Virus record (IMG/VR): IMGVR_UViG_3300000756_000003
Source of the DNA: a virus
Length of the DNA stretch: 33,162 bases
Direction: 5' to 3' (one strand)
Part shown: one piece after another, positions 1 through 9,162 of the stretch
How positions within the stretch are numbered: the first letter of the stretch is position 1
Layout: each line of letters starts with the position of its first letter
The notes under the pieces: model-generated
The model's input: only the letters and a program-made list of their open reading frames with translations
What the model was told of the DNA's origin: nothing
Databases searched by the model: none
Program-made: the position numbers and the translations under genes

Positions 1-464
1 ACCACCAAGTTGATACCAATGGCACGAGCGATATTAGTCAAACCGATATTGGCAGCACTTTCCTTTTGGATTAATGCCCCAATTGTTTGAAGGGAGTTGA
101 TTGTTGTGGTTACGATGATTAATTTCTTAGTCGCTTCCTCAGCACTCTGAGTTGATAATCCCAAAACCTCAAATGCTGAAGTCACCAATCCAAATGAAGC
201 GGCAATACCTTGAGCTATCTCATTAGCGGCAGTCAATCCACGTAAGTCATCAGCGAAGAATTTAACATTCGCTTGTAAGTCACCAATTTTATCTTTTAAT
301 GAACCAGCCGCTTTGTTGATGTCGTTAAACGCTTGACTACCCTCAGACACATTTTGAGCTGCGACTAATAAGTCCTTTAACGCTTTTCTTGTTTGTCCAA
401 CGGATTTCGCTGCATCAGCAGCATCTATTAATATTTTTATGTTAATATCTTTTTCTTCAGCCAT
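1..464 (-). CDS. 5' part (about 154 codons) of the tape-measure-like gene; duplicate of 31527..31990, cut by the window edge
   Basis: ATG (cat on plus strand) at 462..464 corresponds to 31988..31990. The sequence is identical to the start of the 1178-aa ORF. Confidence 0.6.
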   Translation of the reverse strand, partial: MAEEKDINIKILIDAADAAKSVGQTRKALKDLLVAAQNVSEGSQAFNDINKAAGSLKDKIGDLQANVKFFADDLRGLTAANEIAQGIAASFGLVTSAFEVLGLSTQSAEEATKKLIIVTTTINSLQTIGALIQKESAANIGLTNIARAIGINLV

Positions 465-509
465 AGTATTCTATTTATACTAAAGTATATGTTACTTTGA
501 AATTGATTA

Positions 510-683
510 TTAGAAGTTGATACTTGAATTGGTAACGTCAAACGCCCAATCAAAACCCTCATTGAAATACTTCTCATATTCGGAGGGGTCAACTAAATTA
601 GTATCAAATATTTTATTATCATATCTATATGATTGTATCTCCAAGATAGTCCCCATATATTCTTGTTTAATTGTATATGTCAT
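510..683 (-). CDS. Small hypothetical protein, 57 aa (MTYTIKQEYMGTILEIQSYRYDNKIFDTNLVDPSEYEKYFNEGFDWAFDVTNSSINF), below the ORF-track cut-off
   Basis: Hand translation of the minus strand. The ATG at 683 lies 2 nt after the TAA of the upstream gene (TAATTATG junction, also seen at 27342/27345). It is co-oriented with all neighbours and has a plausible soluble composition. It fills the otherwise empty 221-bp gap. Confidence 0.45.
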   Translation of the reverse strand: MTYTIKQEYMGTILEIQSYRYDNKIFDTNLVDPSEYEKYFNEGFDWAFDVTNSSINF

Positions 684-685
684 AA

Positions 686-1696
686 TTAAAATGGTCTATT
701 ATAATAGTATCTAAAATAGTTCTCCAACCTTGTTTGTAATGCTCTACTGATGTATGATGGTATCATTAATACCATAGCGATGTGAGTTCCACTTGTGGCA
801 TAGGTTGATGCCTTATTACCAATAGAGATTTGTCTATCAAACATTCTATAACTACCATCACTATTGTAGTCAGCATTAGTATATGTTGAAGTAGTAATAA
901 TTTTAGGTTGTTCGTTACCATTTACGTATATGTCTAAAGCACAAGAATTACCTCCAACTCTGGCATCTCTTGGGTTACCATAAAATTTATTACCAATAGT
1001 TGCTTGAGTTGGAGGTAAAAGACCACCATCAATTCTTAATTGGTGTTTAATTGTTACTAAACTAAAATCATTAAGTAAATCAACACCAGCAGTCCCCGAT
1101 AATAAAGTAACAGAACCAGCACTTCCTCCACCTAATTCAAAAGTTAATCTACCAGCAGAATTCACTTCTATTAAGATATCATTTGGAGTTGGTAATGAAC
1201 TACTATCCCTTCCATCAAATAAAGTATATGTCGCTCCAGGTTTTCTTTTAACTACCATCATATAAGTAAATCCTCTACCACTACCAATATTTGGTGATGT
1301 GACTGAGTAATACATTGGAGCGGCAGTAACATTCGCTGATAACATATAATATGAAGCATTGGTTTGAAAATCTAAATAATTTTTACCACCCAAACCACCT
1401 ATTACTAATTTAGGACAGAATGATGTTCCAGCTTGAGTAAAGATATTCTCATAAGGTGGGAAGATATCATTAGACCTTTTATCAATCTGATTATATAGAA
1501 TAGTCGCTTGGTTATTAGTTGTGGCACAATTATCCGCATTTACATAAAATACGGGTTTATATCTTGGGTCATCAATATCATTTGGATTTAATGAATTCCA
1601 ACGATTAGTTAGGAGGTTAAGATAACCTCCACTCAACCCATCATAAGACCCCTTAGATGAACCTACTACTAATCCATTATGTATTCCGTTTTCCAT
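686..1696 (-). CDS. LamG / concanavalin-A-like lectin-fold protein, probable distal tail (receptor- or glycan-binding) protein
   Basis: 336 aa. Motifs typical of Laminin_G_3-type jelly rolls: FTYMMVVKRKPG..YTLFDGR, LTFELGGG, DIYVNGNEQP, ISIGNK...THIAMVLMIPSYISRALQTRLENYF. It is the last large gene of the fibre block and overlaps the upstream gene by TAATG. Confidence 0.55.
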   Translation of the reverse strand: MENGIHNGLVVGSSKGSYDGLSGGYLNLLTNRWNSLNPNDIDDPRYKPVFYVNADNCATTNNQATILYNQIDKRSNDIFPPYENIFTQAGTSFCPKLVIGGLGGKNYLDFQTNASYYMLSANVTAAPMYYSVTSPNIGSGRGFTYMMVVKRKPGATYTLFDGRDSSSLPTPNDILIEVNSAGRLTFELGGGSAGSVTLLSGTAGVDLLNDFSLVTIKHQLRIDGGLLPPTQATIGNKFYGNPRDARVGGNSCALDIYVNGNEQPKIITTSTYTNADYNSDGSYRMFDRQISIGNKASTYATSGTHIAMVLMIPSYISRALQTRLENYFRYYYNRPF

Positions 1697-2121
1697 TAAG
1701 CGTATGTTTCTCCGATAATAGTTACATTGGAAGTTTTAGCTGCGGTTATAGCGGTATTATAAGCCAACTTTAAAGACCAACCTTTTGGTATGTTGAAGTA
1801 TGATGCTCCCGAAGCATCTCTTTGTTTGAAGTATGATGAGAACTGAGTATTAGATAATATATCTACGGGTGGGATAGCATTGGTATTACCAGCATTAATT
1901 GGAATAGAGATTGTTGACATTTCCCAAGTAGTCGTTCCATCTGAAAGATGAAGAGCAACATCTTTAGCCGCACTCTCATCAGTCCATACTGAGATACCAT
2001 AAACTCTTCTATCGTATGTGGCATCAGCCGTTAATATTGTTTTAGCGGTTGTAGTATCCGCTGGTAAAAAGATTGTTACTTGAGCGAATGGAGCTGAAGT
2101 AAAAGTAATTGAATTTGCCAT
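1696..2121 (-). CDS. Hypothetical protein in the tail-fibre block (141 aa)
   Basis: Long minus-strand ORF, translationally coupled (TAATG) to the LamG-like gene. No motif recognised. Confidence 0.5.
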   Translation of the reverse strand: MANSITFTSAPFAQVTIFLPADTTTAKTILTADATYDRRVYGISVWTDESAAKDVALHLSDGTTTWEMSTISIPINAGNTNAIPPVDILSNTQFSSYFKQRDASGASYFNIPKGWSLKLAYNTAITAAKTSNVTIIGETYA

Positions 2122-2141
2122 AATTTTTATTTTTAACTTTT

Positions 2142-3020
2142 TTATGTATTATAAATTAATACCATATAAGCGGCATTAATAAGATTATTTGTTTTGATTT
2201 GTGTGTTAGTAGTTGAACCAACAACTTTATCAGTTATTGTTACACCACCATTAATAGTATAATTACCATTTAATATTTTTGTATTATCCCAAAGTGTTGT
2301 TCCACTATTATAGACCAATAAATCACCTTGAGTTAAACCACTTATATTAACATCAGCCAACTCATCTAATTCAGTTCCATTTTGAATTTGATATTCTATA
2401 TATCCATTTGTTGGGGATGTTCTAATTACCTTACCAATATATACAATATGGTTGGGAGCATTAGGTTTAACTCTTGTTACAAAACCAGCAGTAGTTGGGG
2501 ATAAGTATAATGTATCACCATCAACTAAAGTATCAGTTGTGAATGGGTATGTAGCTGAACTTCTTGTATCTAAATTAGTTATTGAACCAATTACAACAAC
2601 ATCACCTTCAGCGTTATTTAGAATGTCATTTTTTAATACCCCAAAAGTTCTAGCTGATGTTGCCTCAGTATTTGCTTGGGCTAATTGTAATGTTGGTTTA
2701 TTACCCGTTGAACCATTTATAAATACAACCATCCCTCGTCTCATATCTGAACCACTTTGATTACGACAATTCACAACAAGTTGTGTTGCCGCTGCTGATA
2801 TACCCGTTAGATTGGAACCATCACCAAATAAAGTTCCACCACTTATTGTATTGGCGGTTAATCCATTTGTGAATGTGGTTGCTCCACTTATAGTTCCACC
2901 CGTAAATGTTCCACCACCCCCACTTATACCCGTAAGGTTTGAACCATCACCATAAAATGTGGTTGCTGATAATGAACCTTCAATGTTCCAATTATCACCT
3001 ATTCTTTGAAAGTTACTCAT
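2142..3020 (-). CDS. Tail fibre protein (292 aa)
   Basis: Two copies of the fibre motif F(Y)GDGSNLTGIS, shared with the 1033-aa neighbour, plus G-rich linkers (ISGGGGTF). The C-terminal half has the look of a fibre tip (GMVVFINGSTG..., GDVVVIGSITNLDT, GDTLYLSPTTAGFVT). Confidence 0.6.
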   Translation of the reverse strand: MSNFQRIGDNWNIEGSLSATTFYGDGSNLTGISGGGGTFTGGTISGATTFTNGLTANTISGGTLFGDGSNLTGISAAATQLVVNCRNQSGSDMRRGMVVFINGSTGNKPTLQLAQANTEATSARTFGVLKNDILNNAEGDVVVIGSITNLDTRSSATYPFTTDTLVDGDTLYLSPTTAGFVTRVKPNAPNHIVYIGKVIRTSPTNGYIEYQIQNGTELDELADVNISGLTQGDLLVYNSGTTLWDNTKILNGNYTINGGVTITDKVVGSTTNTQIKTNNLINAAYMVLIYNT

Positions 3021-3023
3021 ATA

Positions 3024-6000
3024 TTAGTATTTTTTAGTTGTTGTTTTTATTTTAATTGAAATTGAATAATCAGCGTAATTACCAAAAGACCAATTCATAA
3101 CCCATTTAACCCCATATGCTGAATTACTTCTATCAATAGACCAACTATCATATGTTGGGTTAAAACCATAATCATATTGTTGTGTATCAACGGGACTAAT
3201 ATCGTATGAATTATTGGAGGTATCATATACACAACTTCTCTTCATCTTCCAAACCATATATCTTCTTTGGGGAGCGTATGTGTCACTATTCTTCATATAG
3301 ATTTCAACATCATAATCCATTAAATCTTCTTGAGTAAAATCTTCATAAAATAAATCTAATGTTCCCGTAGTTTGGTCTATGTATTTGTTGATAATATATT
3401 CTTTAACATTTAGTTTATCATCCTCACCATATCCCGTATCTTCACTATATGTTGTTTGTCTAGTTTGTAAAAATAAACCATCTTCAATTCTACGATAACC
3501 CGTAATACCAGGTTGTCCTTCTTCTAACTGATTATATGCTTGTTCTGTGTTTAATATTGATGTTCCACTATAGTTAGTTGTGCACGATTTACCTTCAAGA
3601 CCTTCATAAGATTTAACTACGAAATAAGAATTATCACCATAAGTTAATGTTCTATCTGAAAATATTCCCGACCCATTAACAATACTTGCTCTAACTTCAT
3701 CGTGTTGAACTCCATCGTCATCAATTAAACCACCTAATAATTTGTTATCAACATATTCCTTATCAACCAATGTTCTATTATTGAAGTTGGCAGAGTAATC
3801 AGCATCGTATTGAAGACCTGGTGTTTGAATATCATATGATGGATTACTGATTGTAATCGCTTGATGTGTAAAATCAAATGTAGTTGAAGTAATTCCATCA
3901 GTAGTATTCATAGTGATATTATTATCACCTTGTGTCATAAATAAATCAGCTCCCGATACACCATCAGATAATCTTGTTTGTAATCTTACAACACCCCAAG
4001 TTTCATCATTGTTATTATCAACACCTAATCTGGCATAACCACCATTGGCTAAACCTTTAATGAATGTTTGTTTGATAGTTGTAATAGTTGGGTCTTCAGT
4101 ATAATATAATCCAAGTGTTGAATTTTCTTGGTGTGATATTTTTTGGTCTTTATTAACAACTATATCATTAGCTCCCGTTGTATTACCACTTGTTAAAACT
4201 TCTTCTAAAGTTCCACCACCAACACCAGCAACGGCATTATCAACATACTCTCTATCAACTAAAGTTCTATTTGTAAAGTAAGGTGAGTAATCATCAAAAT
4301 ATTGTAAACCTGGAGTTGAAGTATTACCATTAGTAATTGTGATAGCACTATAACCTTGTTCTATAATAGTTCCATTAGCCCCATTGTCAGTTAATAATTT
4401 ATTACCATAATTAGCTGTAATATCAATTTCTGATGTTTTTGTTCCATCACTTGCATATTGTAATATACCTCCATCTTCCACATCTATTGTTGAAGAAAGA
4501 CCAAAACCATCCGACTTATAAGTTCTAACAAAAGAACTACTGATAAATGTCATACCACCTAATCCGTCTTGTGTTTTGATACCATAAGTATCATCAACGA
4601 TTATGTTATTAGGTCCCGTTGTATTACCATTATCTATAACATTAGCTAATGTTACTCCACTTACGGAATTATCAACATATTCTTTATCAACTAAACTTCT
4701 GTTTGTAAAGTTAGTTGAGTAATCAACATCATATTCAACACCTGGAAATGTTGGTGATGTTCCAGCAATAGTTATGAAACCACTCGTCATATCTATTTGA
4801 GTTCCTTGTAAACCATAAATGTCATCCACATTCAAGATTATTTCAGTTGGACCATTTGTTATTCGGGAGAACCTATTAACAAATGCGTCAGCTTGACTAT
4901 TATGAATAATTGTCTCACTATCACCAATCGTAATATAGTTTTGAGCGTTACCATTATTTACTCTTATTGTAGGTGCCCAAGCCCCACTACCAATATCTTC
5001 AAATTTAAAACCACCATCTAAAACATTACCATCAACTTTAATTGATTGAGTAAACCCCGAACCATTATCATCTAATGATATGTCATTAGCTCCCGTTGTA
5101 TTACCATTTGTTAAAACACTATCTAATGTTCCACCACCACCGATGATACTATCCACATATTGTTTATCAACTAATGAACGATTGGTGAAGTTAGCTGAGT
5201 AATCTTGGTCGTAAGTTATACCACTAAAATTTGTATGACCACTTATCATAAAATTACCACTACCCAAACTATTGTAATTCATATTGAATTCAACATTACC
5301 TTGAGTTTCTCCTACTATTGAACCATCATTACCTAATATCTTAAATCTTCCGTGATTTCCATAGGTTTCAGTATTTCCACTTCCACCAAATAAGTAAACT
5401 TCGTTGTCATCACTTACACTAATACCTACACTATTAATATATTGGGGGTCATTATCATAATTACCTAATCCAACTCCATTATTAATTTCAATCCAATTAT
5501 TAAAGGTTCTATTACCTAATACCAATACATCTTCTAATGTCTGACTAGCTGAGGGTAAATTTGTTAAATTGGAACCATCACCATAAAATGTGGTTGCCGA
5601 TAAACTACCAACAATTTCAGTATCATCTAATAATCTTATAACCCCACCACAACTATTTATTTCTTGAATAGTTAGATTGGCACTACACATATCCACATCA
5701 CCTAAAAATGTAGTATTACCACTTACGGTTCCACCCGTAAAGATGGTAGCAGTTATTCCCGTTAGATTAGAACCATCACCATAAAATACACCTTCAAAAT
5801 GAGGGGAGTATATTGTATCACCACTAATGGTTCCACCCGATAATGTAGGGACATTTAACTGACCCGTCATTGTGTCACCACTTTTATTAACGAATGATGT
5901 TACATTTATGTTTGTAGTCCCACTTGTGATTGGAACAATACCACTAATACTTCTTACCCACATAGCGTTATCGGCAGCGTTTAAGAAGAACTCACCCACA

Positions 6001-6125
6001 TATAAATCAGTAGGGGTCCAAGTTCCATCAGTATGGTCGTCAGATGTTGGTATAGTTGGTGTTTCTCCACTTATCGTAGAATATTTGAATAGAAATCTAC
6101 TATCTTGAATGTTAAAGCAACTCAT
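3024..6125 (-). CDS. Large modular tail fibre protein (1033 aa) with four tandem modules of about 145-165 aa
   Basis: The motif PG(L/V)xYDxDYSxNF(T/N)NR(S/T)LVDK(E/Q)YVD occurs at aa 305-325, 465-485, 609-629 and 773-793. TL(D/E)xVLTxGNTTGxNDI follows three of them. Two FYGDGSNLT(G/N) motifs lie near the N-terminus. Confidence 0.65.
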   Translation of the reverse strand: MSCFNIQDSRFLFKYSTISGETPTIPTSDDHTDGTWTPTDLYVGEFFLNAADNAMWVRSISGIVPITSGTTNINVTSFVNKSGDTMTGQLNVPTLSGGTISGDTIYSPHFEGVFYGDGSNLTGITATIFTGGTVSGNTTFLGDVDMCSANLTIQEINSCGGVIRLLDDTEIVGSLSATTFYGDGSNLTNLPSASQTLEDVLVLGNRTFNNWIEINNGVGLGNYDNDPQYINSVGISVSDDNEVYLFGGSGNTETYGNHGRFKILGNDGSIVGETQGNVEFNMNYNSLGSGNFMISGHTNFSGITYDQDYSANFTNRSLVDKQYVDSIIGGGGTLDSVLTNGNTTGANDISLDDNGSGFTQSIKVDGNVLDGGFKFEDIGSGAWAPTIRVNNGNAQNYITIGDSETIIHNSQADAFVNRFSRITNGPTEIILNVDDIYGLQGTQIDMTSGFITIAGTSPTFPGVEYDVDYSTNFTNRSLVDKEYVDNSVSGVTLANVIDNGNTTGPNNIIVDDTYGIKTQDGLGGMTFISSSFVRTYKSDGFGLSSTIDVEDGGILQYASDGTKTSEIDITANYGNKLLTDNGANGTIIEQGYSAITITNGNTSTPGLQYFDDYSPYFTNRTLVDREYVDNAVAGVGGGTLEEVLTSGNTTGANDIVVNKDQKISHQENSTLGLYYTEDPTITTIKQTFIKGLANGGYARLGVDNNNDETWGVVRLQTRLSDGVSGADLFMTQGDNNITMNTTDGITSTTFDFTHQAITISNPSYDIQTPGLQYDADYSANFNNRTLVDKEYVDNKLLGGLIDDDGVQHDEVRASIVNGSGIFSDRTLTYGDNSYFVVKSYEGLEGKSCTTNYSGTSILNTEQAYNQLEEGQPGITGYRRIEDGLFLQTRQTTYSEDTGYGEDDKLNVKEYIINKYIDQTTGTLDLFYEDFTQEDLMDYDVEIYMKNSDTYAPQRRYMVWKMKRSCVYDTSNNSYDISPVDTQQYDYGFNPTYDSWSIDRSNSAYGVKWVMNWSFGNYADYSISIKIKTTTKKY

Positions 6126-6169
6126 ATATTATCTTTTATTTTAAAGTATTTTATTTATGTTTTTTGTTT

Positions 6170-9160
6170 TTAATAATCATTGAATAATGTATTATTAACT
6201 CCACCCCTAATAATCTGAACGTCTTTACATCCACCAAAGTTTTCAGTAGCGTCAACACCAGCTCTAATCACGGGTGGGGTTGTTCCATATGGATTTCCAA
6301 TAGTATTAATACCACCTCTGAATAAAGTTCCTGGAAACATCGTTTTATTATTAATTGTTACAATCCCATTTTTATAAGTGGCATCTGATTTAGTTACATA
6401 GTTATTATCACCAATCACATCAACGTTCCTAACATTAGATGCTACGAAGTTATTATTACCCAATATTTTTACATTAGAGACACTATCACTAACCATATTA
6501 GAGTTTCCTATCACATTAACATTATAAGCGTCTCTAACAACGTTATTTGTTCCATTGACTTGAGCACCTTGATTACGATAATAAAGATTATTTCTATAAT
6601 CAGTTACAATATTACCATTAGTTTGAACGGGAGTTACATTTTCTGTAAAACCAATTGTATCACCAACCTTATAATTATTTTTAATTACATCATAGTTAGA
6701 CCATTCACTATCCATTATATTATAGTAATAAGATTTACTACCATAATCATTGAATTTTTTATTGTCATTCCAAGATTTATTTTGATAAACACCCCAACCA
6801 TTCCAACCGCCTGGGTTCCATCCACCATCATCACCTATAACGGGGTTTGGGGGAGTTATAATTGTTTGTGGAACATAGTTATTAATATAAACATTGGTTA
6901 CCTTATATAACTCAATTTTAGCAATCTCAGTAATAATATCATACTCAACCTTATTAATTCTATAATACACTTCATCCATTTGGATTGTATCAAAAATATT
7001 GAATATGTAAAAATCATATGGTGTAAGATGAGCAGTCATTGTTAATAAATGATTATCTATTGATAAAATATCATTTATAGTATTCTTCCAATATAAGTTG
7101 AATAAGTTGTTAGGTGTTAAAATTGGGGTAGGTTGAAAGTATTGTTTACATAACCCAAAGTTTAAATCAAAGTTAGGATTGAATGGATTATCTAAATGTC
7201 CAGCATATGGATAAATAGTTGAACTCTGATAATACTTAATACCATCCGCCATCAAAAACCAAGTAGTTGAATTAAGAACTTGTTTATTAATCATACCACC
7301 CCAATGTAGAATTCTAATGTTAGGGTCAAATGGTGATAATAATGAATTACTATCTTCTTGAACGTATGAAGGTATTACCTTACCATCCCTATATACCATA
7401 CCAGGTGTTGGTGAGAAATCTAATTCAACACTATTAGTTTCAGTTTTGAAGTCATTAACTACTTCAATAGTTCTTTCACCAAAGATTTCACCATATTGAT
7501 TATTGTAATCAGTATTATATTTATCCCCATCCTCTTTATAGGTAAAGATATATTTGTTATAGTTGATTTCATCTAATGGTCTAATACTAATTGTTTCATC
7601 CCTATCCGCTTTATACGTCCAATCTAATAACTTATTAACGGACCTACTATACATTACATCTTTTGGTTCAATTATAAAATCATTTGGTTTGTCGGGGTTA
7701 GGATACCAATATAGATTAAACATCTTATTGATGGATAATAAATAATTTTCCAAATCCATTTCGGGTAGAGCAAGGTTCATATTAATCTCATCCTCAATTC
7801 CAATGAAATGGTTTTCCAATACAAAATATAAATCACTTGGATTATTTGAACTTGTCTGTGGGGAATGTTGGAATGTTATACTACCACCAAGATATTGACC
7901 CGATAGATTTATAAATTTACTTTGTCCACCACCCACTGGCATTGTTGCCGCATATTTAATAATATACTTATGATTTTTAATAAATGTTCCAGGACACTCA
8001 ATAAAGAAATTTTGGTCGGTATCATATGATGGTGAACCTAATCTATTCTCAAAACCAATCTTATATTGGAATGTCTTCTCATATACAATTTTTTGTGGTG
8101 AAGCAGTTAAATCCCATATACGAATTGTTAATGGGAAACTACCCGTATTACTACTATCATTTACTAATTTAAAGGTTCCCCCACCACCAACACCATTGGC
8201 ATCATACTTTGCTCTAACTCTAAAATTACAATACAAAGTCCCAATGAACGTTTGAAATGGTTTAAAGGTGCTATCACTCTGCCACACATTACTTGGGTCA
8301 TTAATCTCATCATTAAATAACACATAATTATATGATGATGTATTAGCTAATTGAGCGTTTAATTGGGGACAATAATTTGTGTTAGTTTGATATCCACTTC
8401 TTTGAACTTTAAATTCTTTTTGTTTAATTTGAGCGTCAGAAAGATATAAGTTATCTTTTGAGAATGGTATAATCAATCTCTTAAACCTTTCAGTATTTAA
8501 AAAATCTGAGGTATATGTTTTTCCAGCTACTCTGAATATCTTATCCCATAATGTCTTAACATAAAACGCTGGTTTGAAATCTTGTTCTGCCCATCTTTCT
8601 TCACCACTGATTAGTTGTTGACCTCTATATTCCATAGGGTATACATAACCATCCCCCATTTCTCTAACACCCTTTACACCGAACTTCCATAAGTTATTAC
8701 TCCAACTATCTTTAATGTTAGATGATAATAATTTATGGTTATATTCTGACACGTCAATTGATGTGAAATTCATACCACTGATGTCTGAGAATAATGATGA
8801 TAATTCACCATAGATGATTACCTCAAATTCTTGTAGTTCAGAACTATCTTCTCTAAATACTTCAGACACTTGTAAGTATCCCTCAATCAATACATCCTCA
8901 TTGGATAATAATTGAGATAATACTTTTAAGTTTGGTGAGAACGCTTTTGAACTAAATCCACTTTGGTCTAAGGTCTCAAAGAATTGTCTATTGTTTCTTG
9001 TTCCAGGTATTCTAAACGTTTCAGTATAGTTGGACTTAATTGATTGTGGTTCCCTAACATCTTGGACGTTGTATACTACCTTAATTGGGGTATCATCATA
9101 GATATCCAATGTAGTCCAATTATCGTTAATTTGGTATTTTACAAATAATGAATATTCCAT
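6170..9160 (-). CDS. Large tail / baseplate structural protein (996 aa)
   Basis: Size and position in the tail block. The C-terminus has short repeats of the type N-V-x-V-I-G-x-x-N-x-V (NVNVIGNSNMV, NVKILGNNNFV, NVDVIGDNNYV), suggesting a beta-helical or fibrous segment. No enzymatic motif recognised. Confidence 0.5.
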   Translation of the reverse strand: MEYSLFVKYQINDNWTTLDIYDDTPIKVVYNVQDVREPQSIKSNYTETFRIPGTRNNRQFFETLDQSGFSSKAFSPNLKVLSQLLSNEDVLIEGYLQVSEVFREDSSELQEFEVIIYGELSSLFSDISGMNFTSIDVSEYNHKLLSSNIKDSWSNNLWKFGVKGVREMGDGYVYPMEYRGQQLISGEERWAEQDFKPAFYVKTLWDKIFRVAGKTYTSDFLNTERFKRLIIPFSKDNLYLSDAQIKQKEFKVQRSGYQTNTNYCPQLNAQLANTSSYNYVLFNDEINDPSNVWQSDSTFKPFQTFIGTLYCNFRVRAKYDANGVGGGGTFKLVNDSSNTGSFPLTIRIWDLTASPQKIVYEKTFQYKIGFENRLGSPSYDTDQNFFIECPGTFIKNHKYIIKYAATMPVGGGQSKFINLSGQYLGGSITFQHSPQTSSNNPSDLYFVLENHFIGIEDEINMNLALPEMDLENYLLSINKMFNLYWYPNPDKPNDFIIEPKDVMYSRSVNKLLDWTYKADRDETISIRPLDEINYNKYIFTYKEDGDKYNTDYNNQYGEIFGERTIEVVNDFKTETNSVELDFSPTPGMVYRDGKVIPSYVQEDSNSLLSPFDPNIRILHWGGMINKQVLNSTTWFLMADGIKYYQSSTIYPYAGHLDNPFNPNFDLNFGLCKQYFQPTPILTPNNLFNLYWKNTINDILSIDNHLLTMTAHLTPYDFYIFNIFDTIQMDEVYYRINKVEYDIITEIAKIELYKVTNVYINNYVPQTIITPPNPVIGDDGGWNPGGWNGWGVYQNKSWNDNKKFNDYGSKSYYYNIMDSEWSNYDVIKNNYKVGDTIGFTENVTPVQTNGNIVTDYRNNLYYRNQGAQVNGTNNVVRDAYNVNVIGNSNMVSDSVSNVKILGNNNFVASNVRNVDVIGDNNYVTKSDATYKNGIVTINNKTMFPGTLFRGGINTIGNPYGTTPPVIRAGVDATENFGGCKDVQIIRGGVNNTLFNDY

Positions 9161-9162
9161 AG

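Larger units (their letters stand above)
1..1636. repeat. Wrap-around / terminal redundancy, copy A (identical to 31527..33162, offset 31,526 bp)
   Basis: The window start accaccaagttgataccaatggcacgagcg recurs at 31527. The ORF track gives identical proteins for 517..714 vs 32043..32240 and for 686..1696 vs 32212..33162. I saw no mismatch when comparing the copies by eye. Confidence 0.95.

Noticed and set aside
517-714. 65-aa plus-strand ORF (and its copy at 32043..32240)
   Set aside because: It is hydrophobic and low-complexity (IVPIYSCLIVYVIIKMVYY) and runs opposite to every neighbour. It overlaps the stop of the LamG-like gene and is the antisense shadow of a better minus-strand 57-aa ORF (510..683).
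1-1636. Genuine long direct terminal repeats (T5/T7-style) or a real segmental duplication
   Set aside because: Copy B ends exactly at the window edge, and both boundaries cut through coding sequences (tape-measure-like and LamG-like genes). The simplest reading is a circular or permuted genome written 1,636 bp past its junction. I cannot fully exclude real repeats without read data.
3747-5540. Diversity-generating retroelement (template/variable repeat pair) in the fibre gene
   Set aside because: There is no reverse transcriptase anywhere in the genome. The repeated modules differ at all base types rather than at adenine-specific positions, and they are in-frame protein modules.
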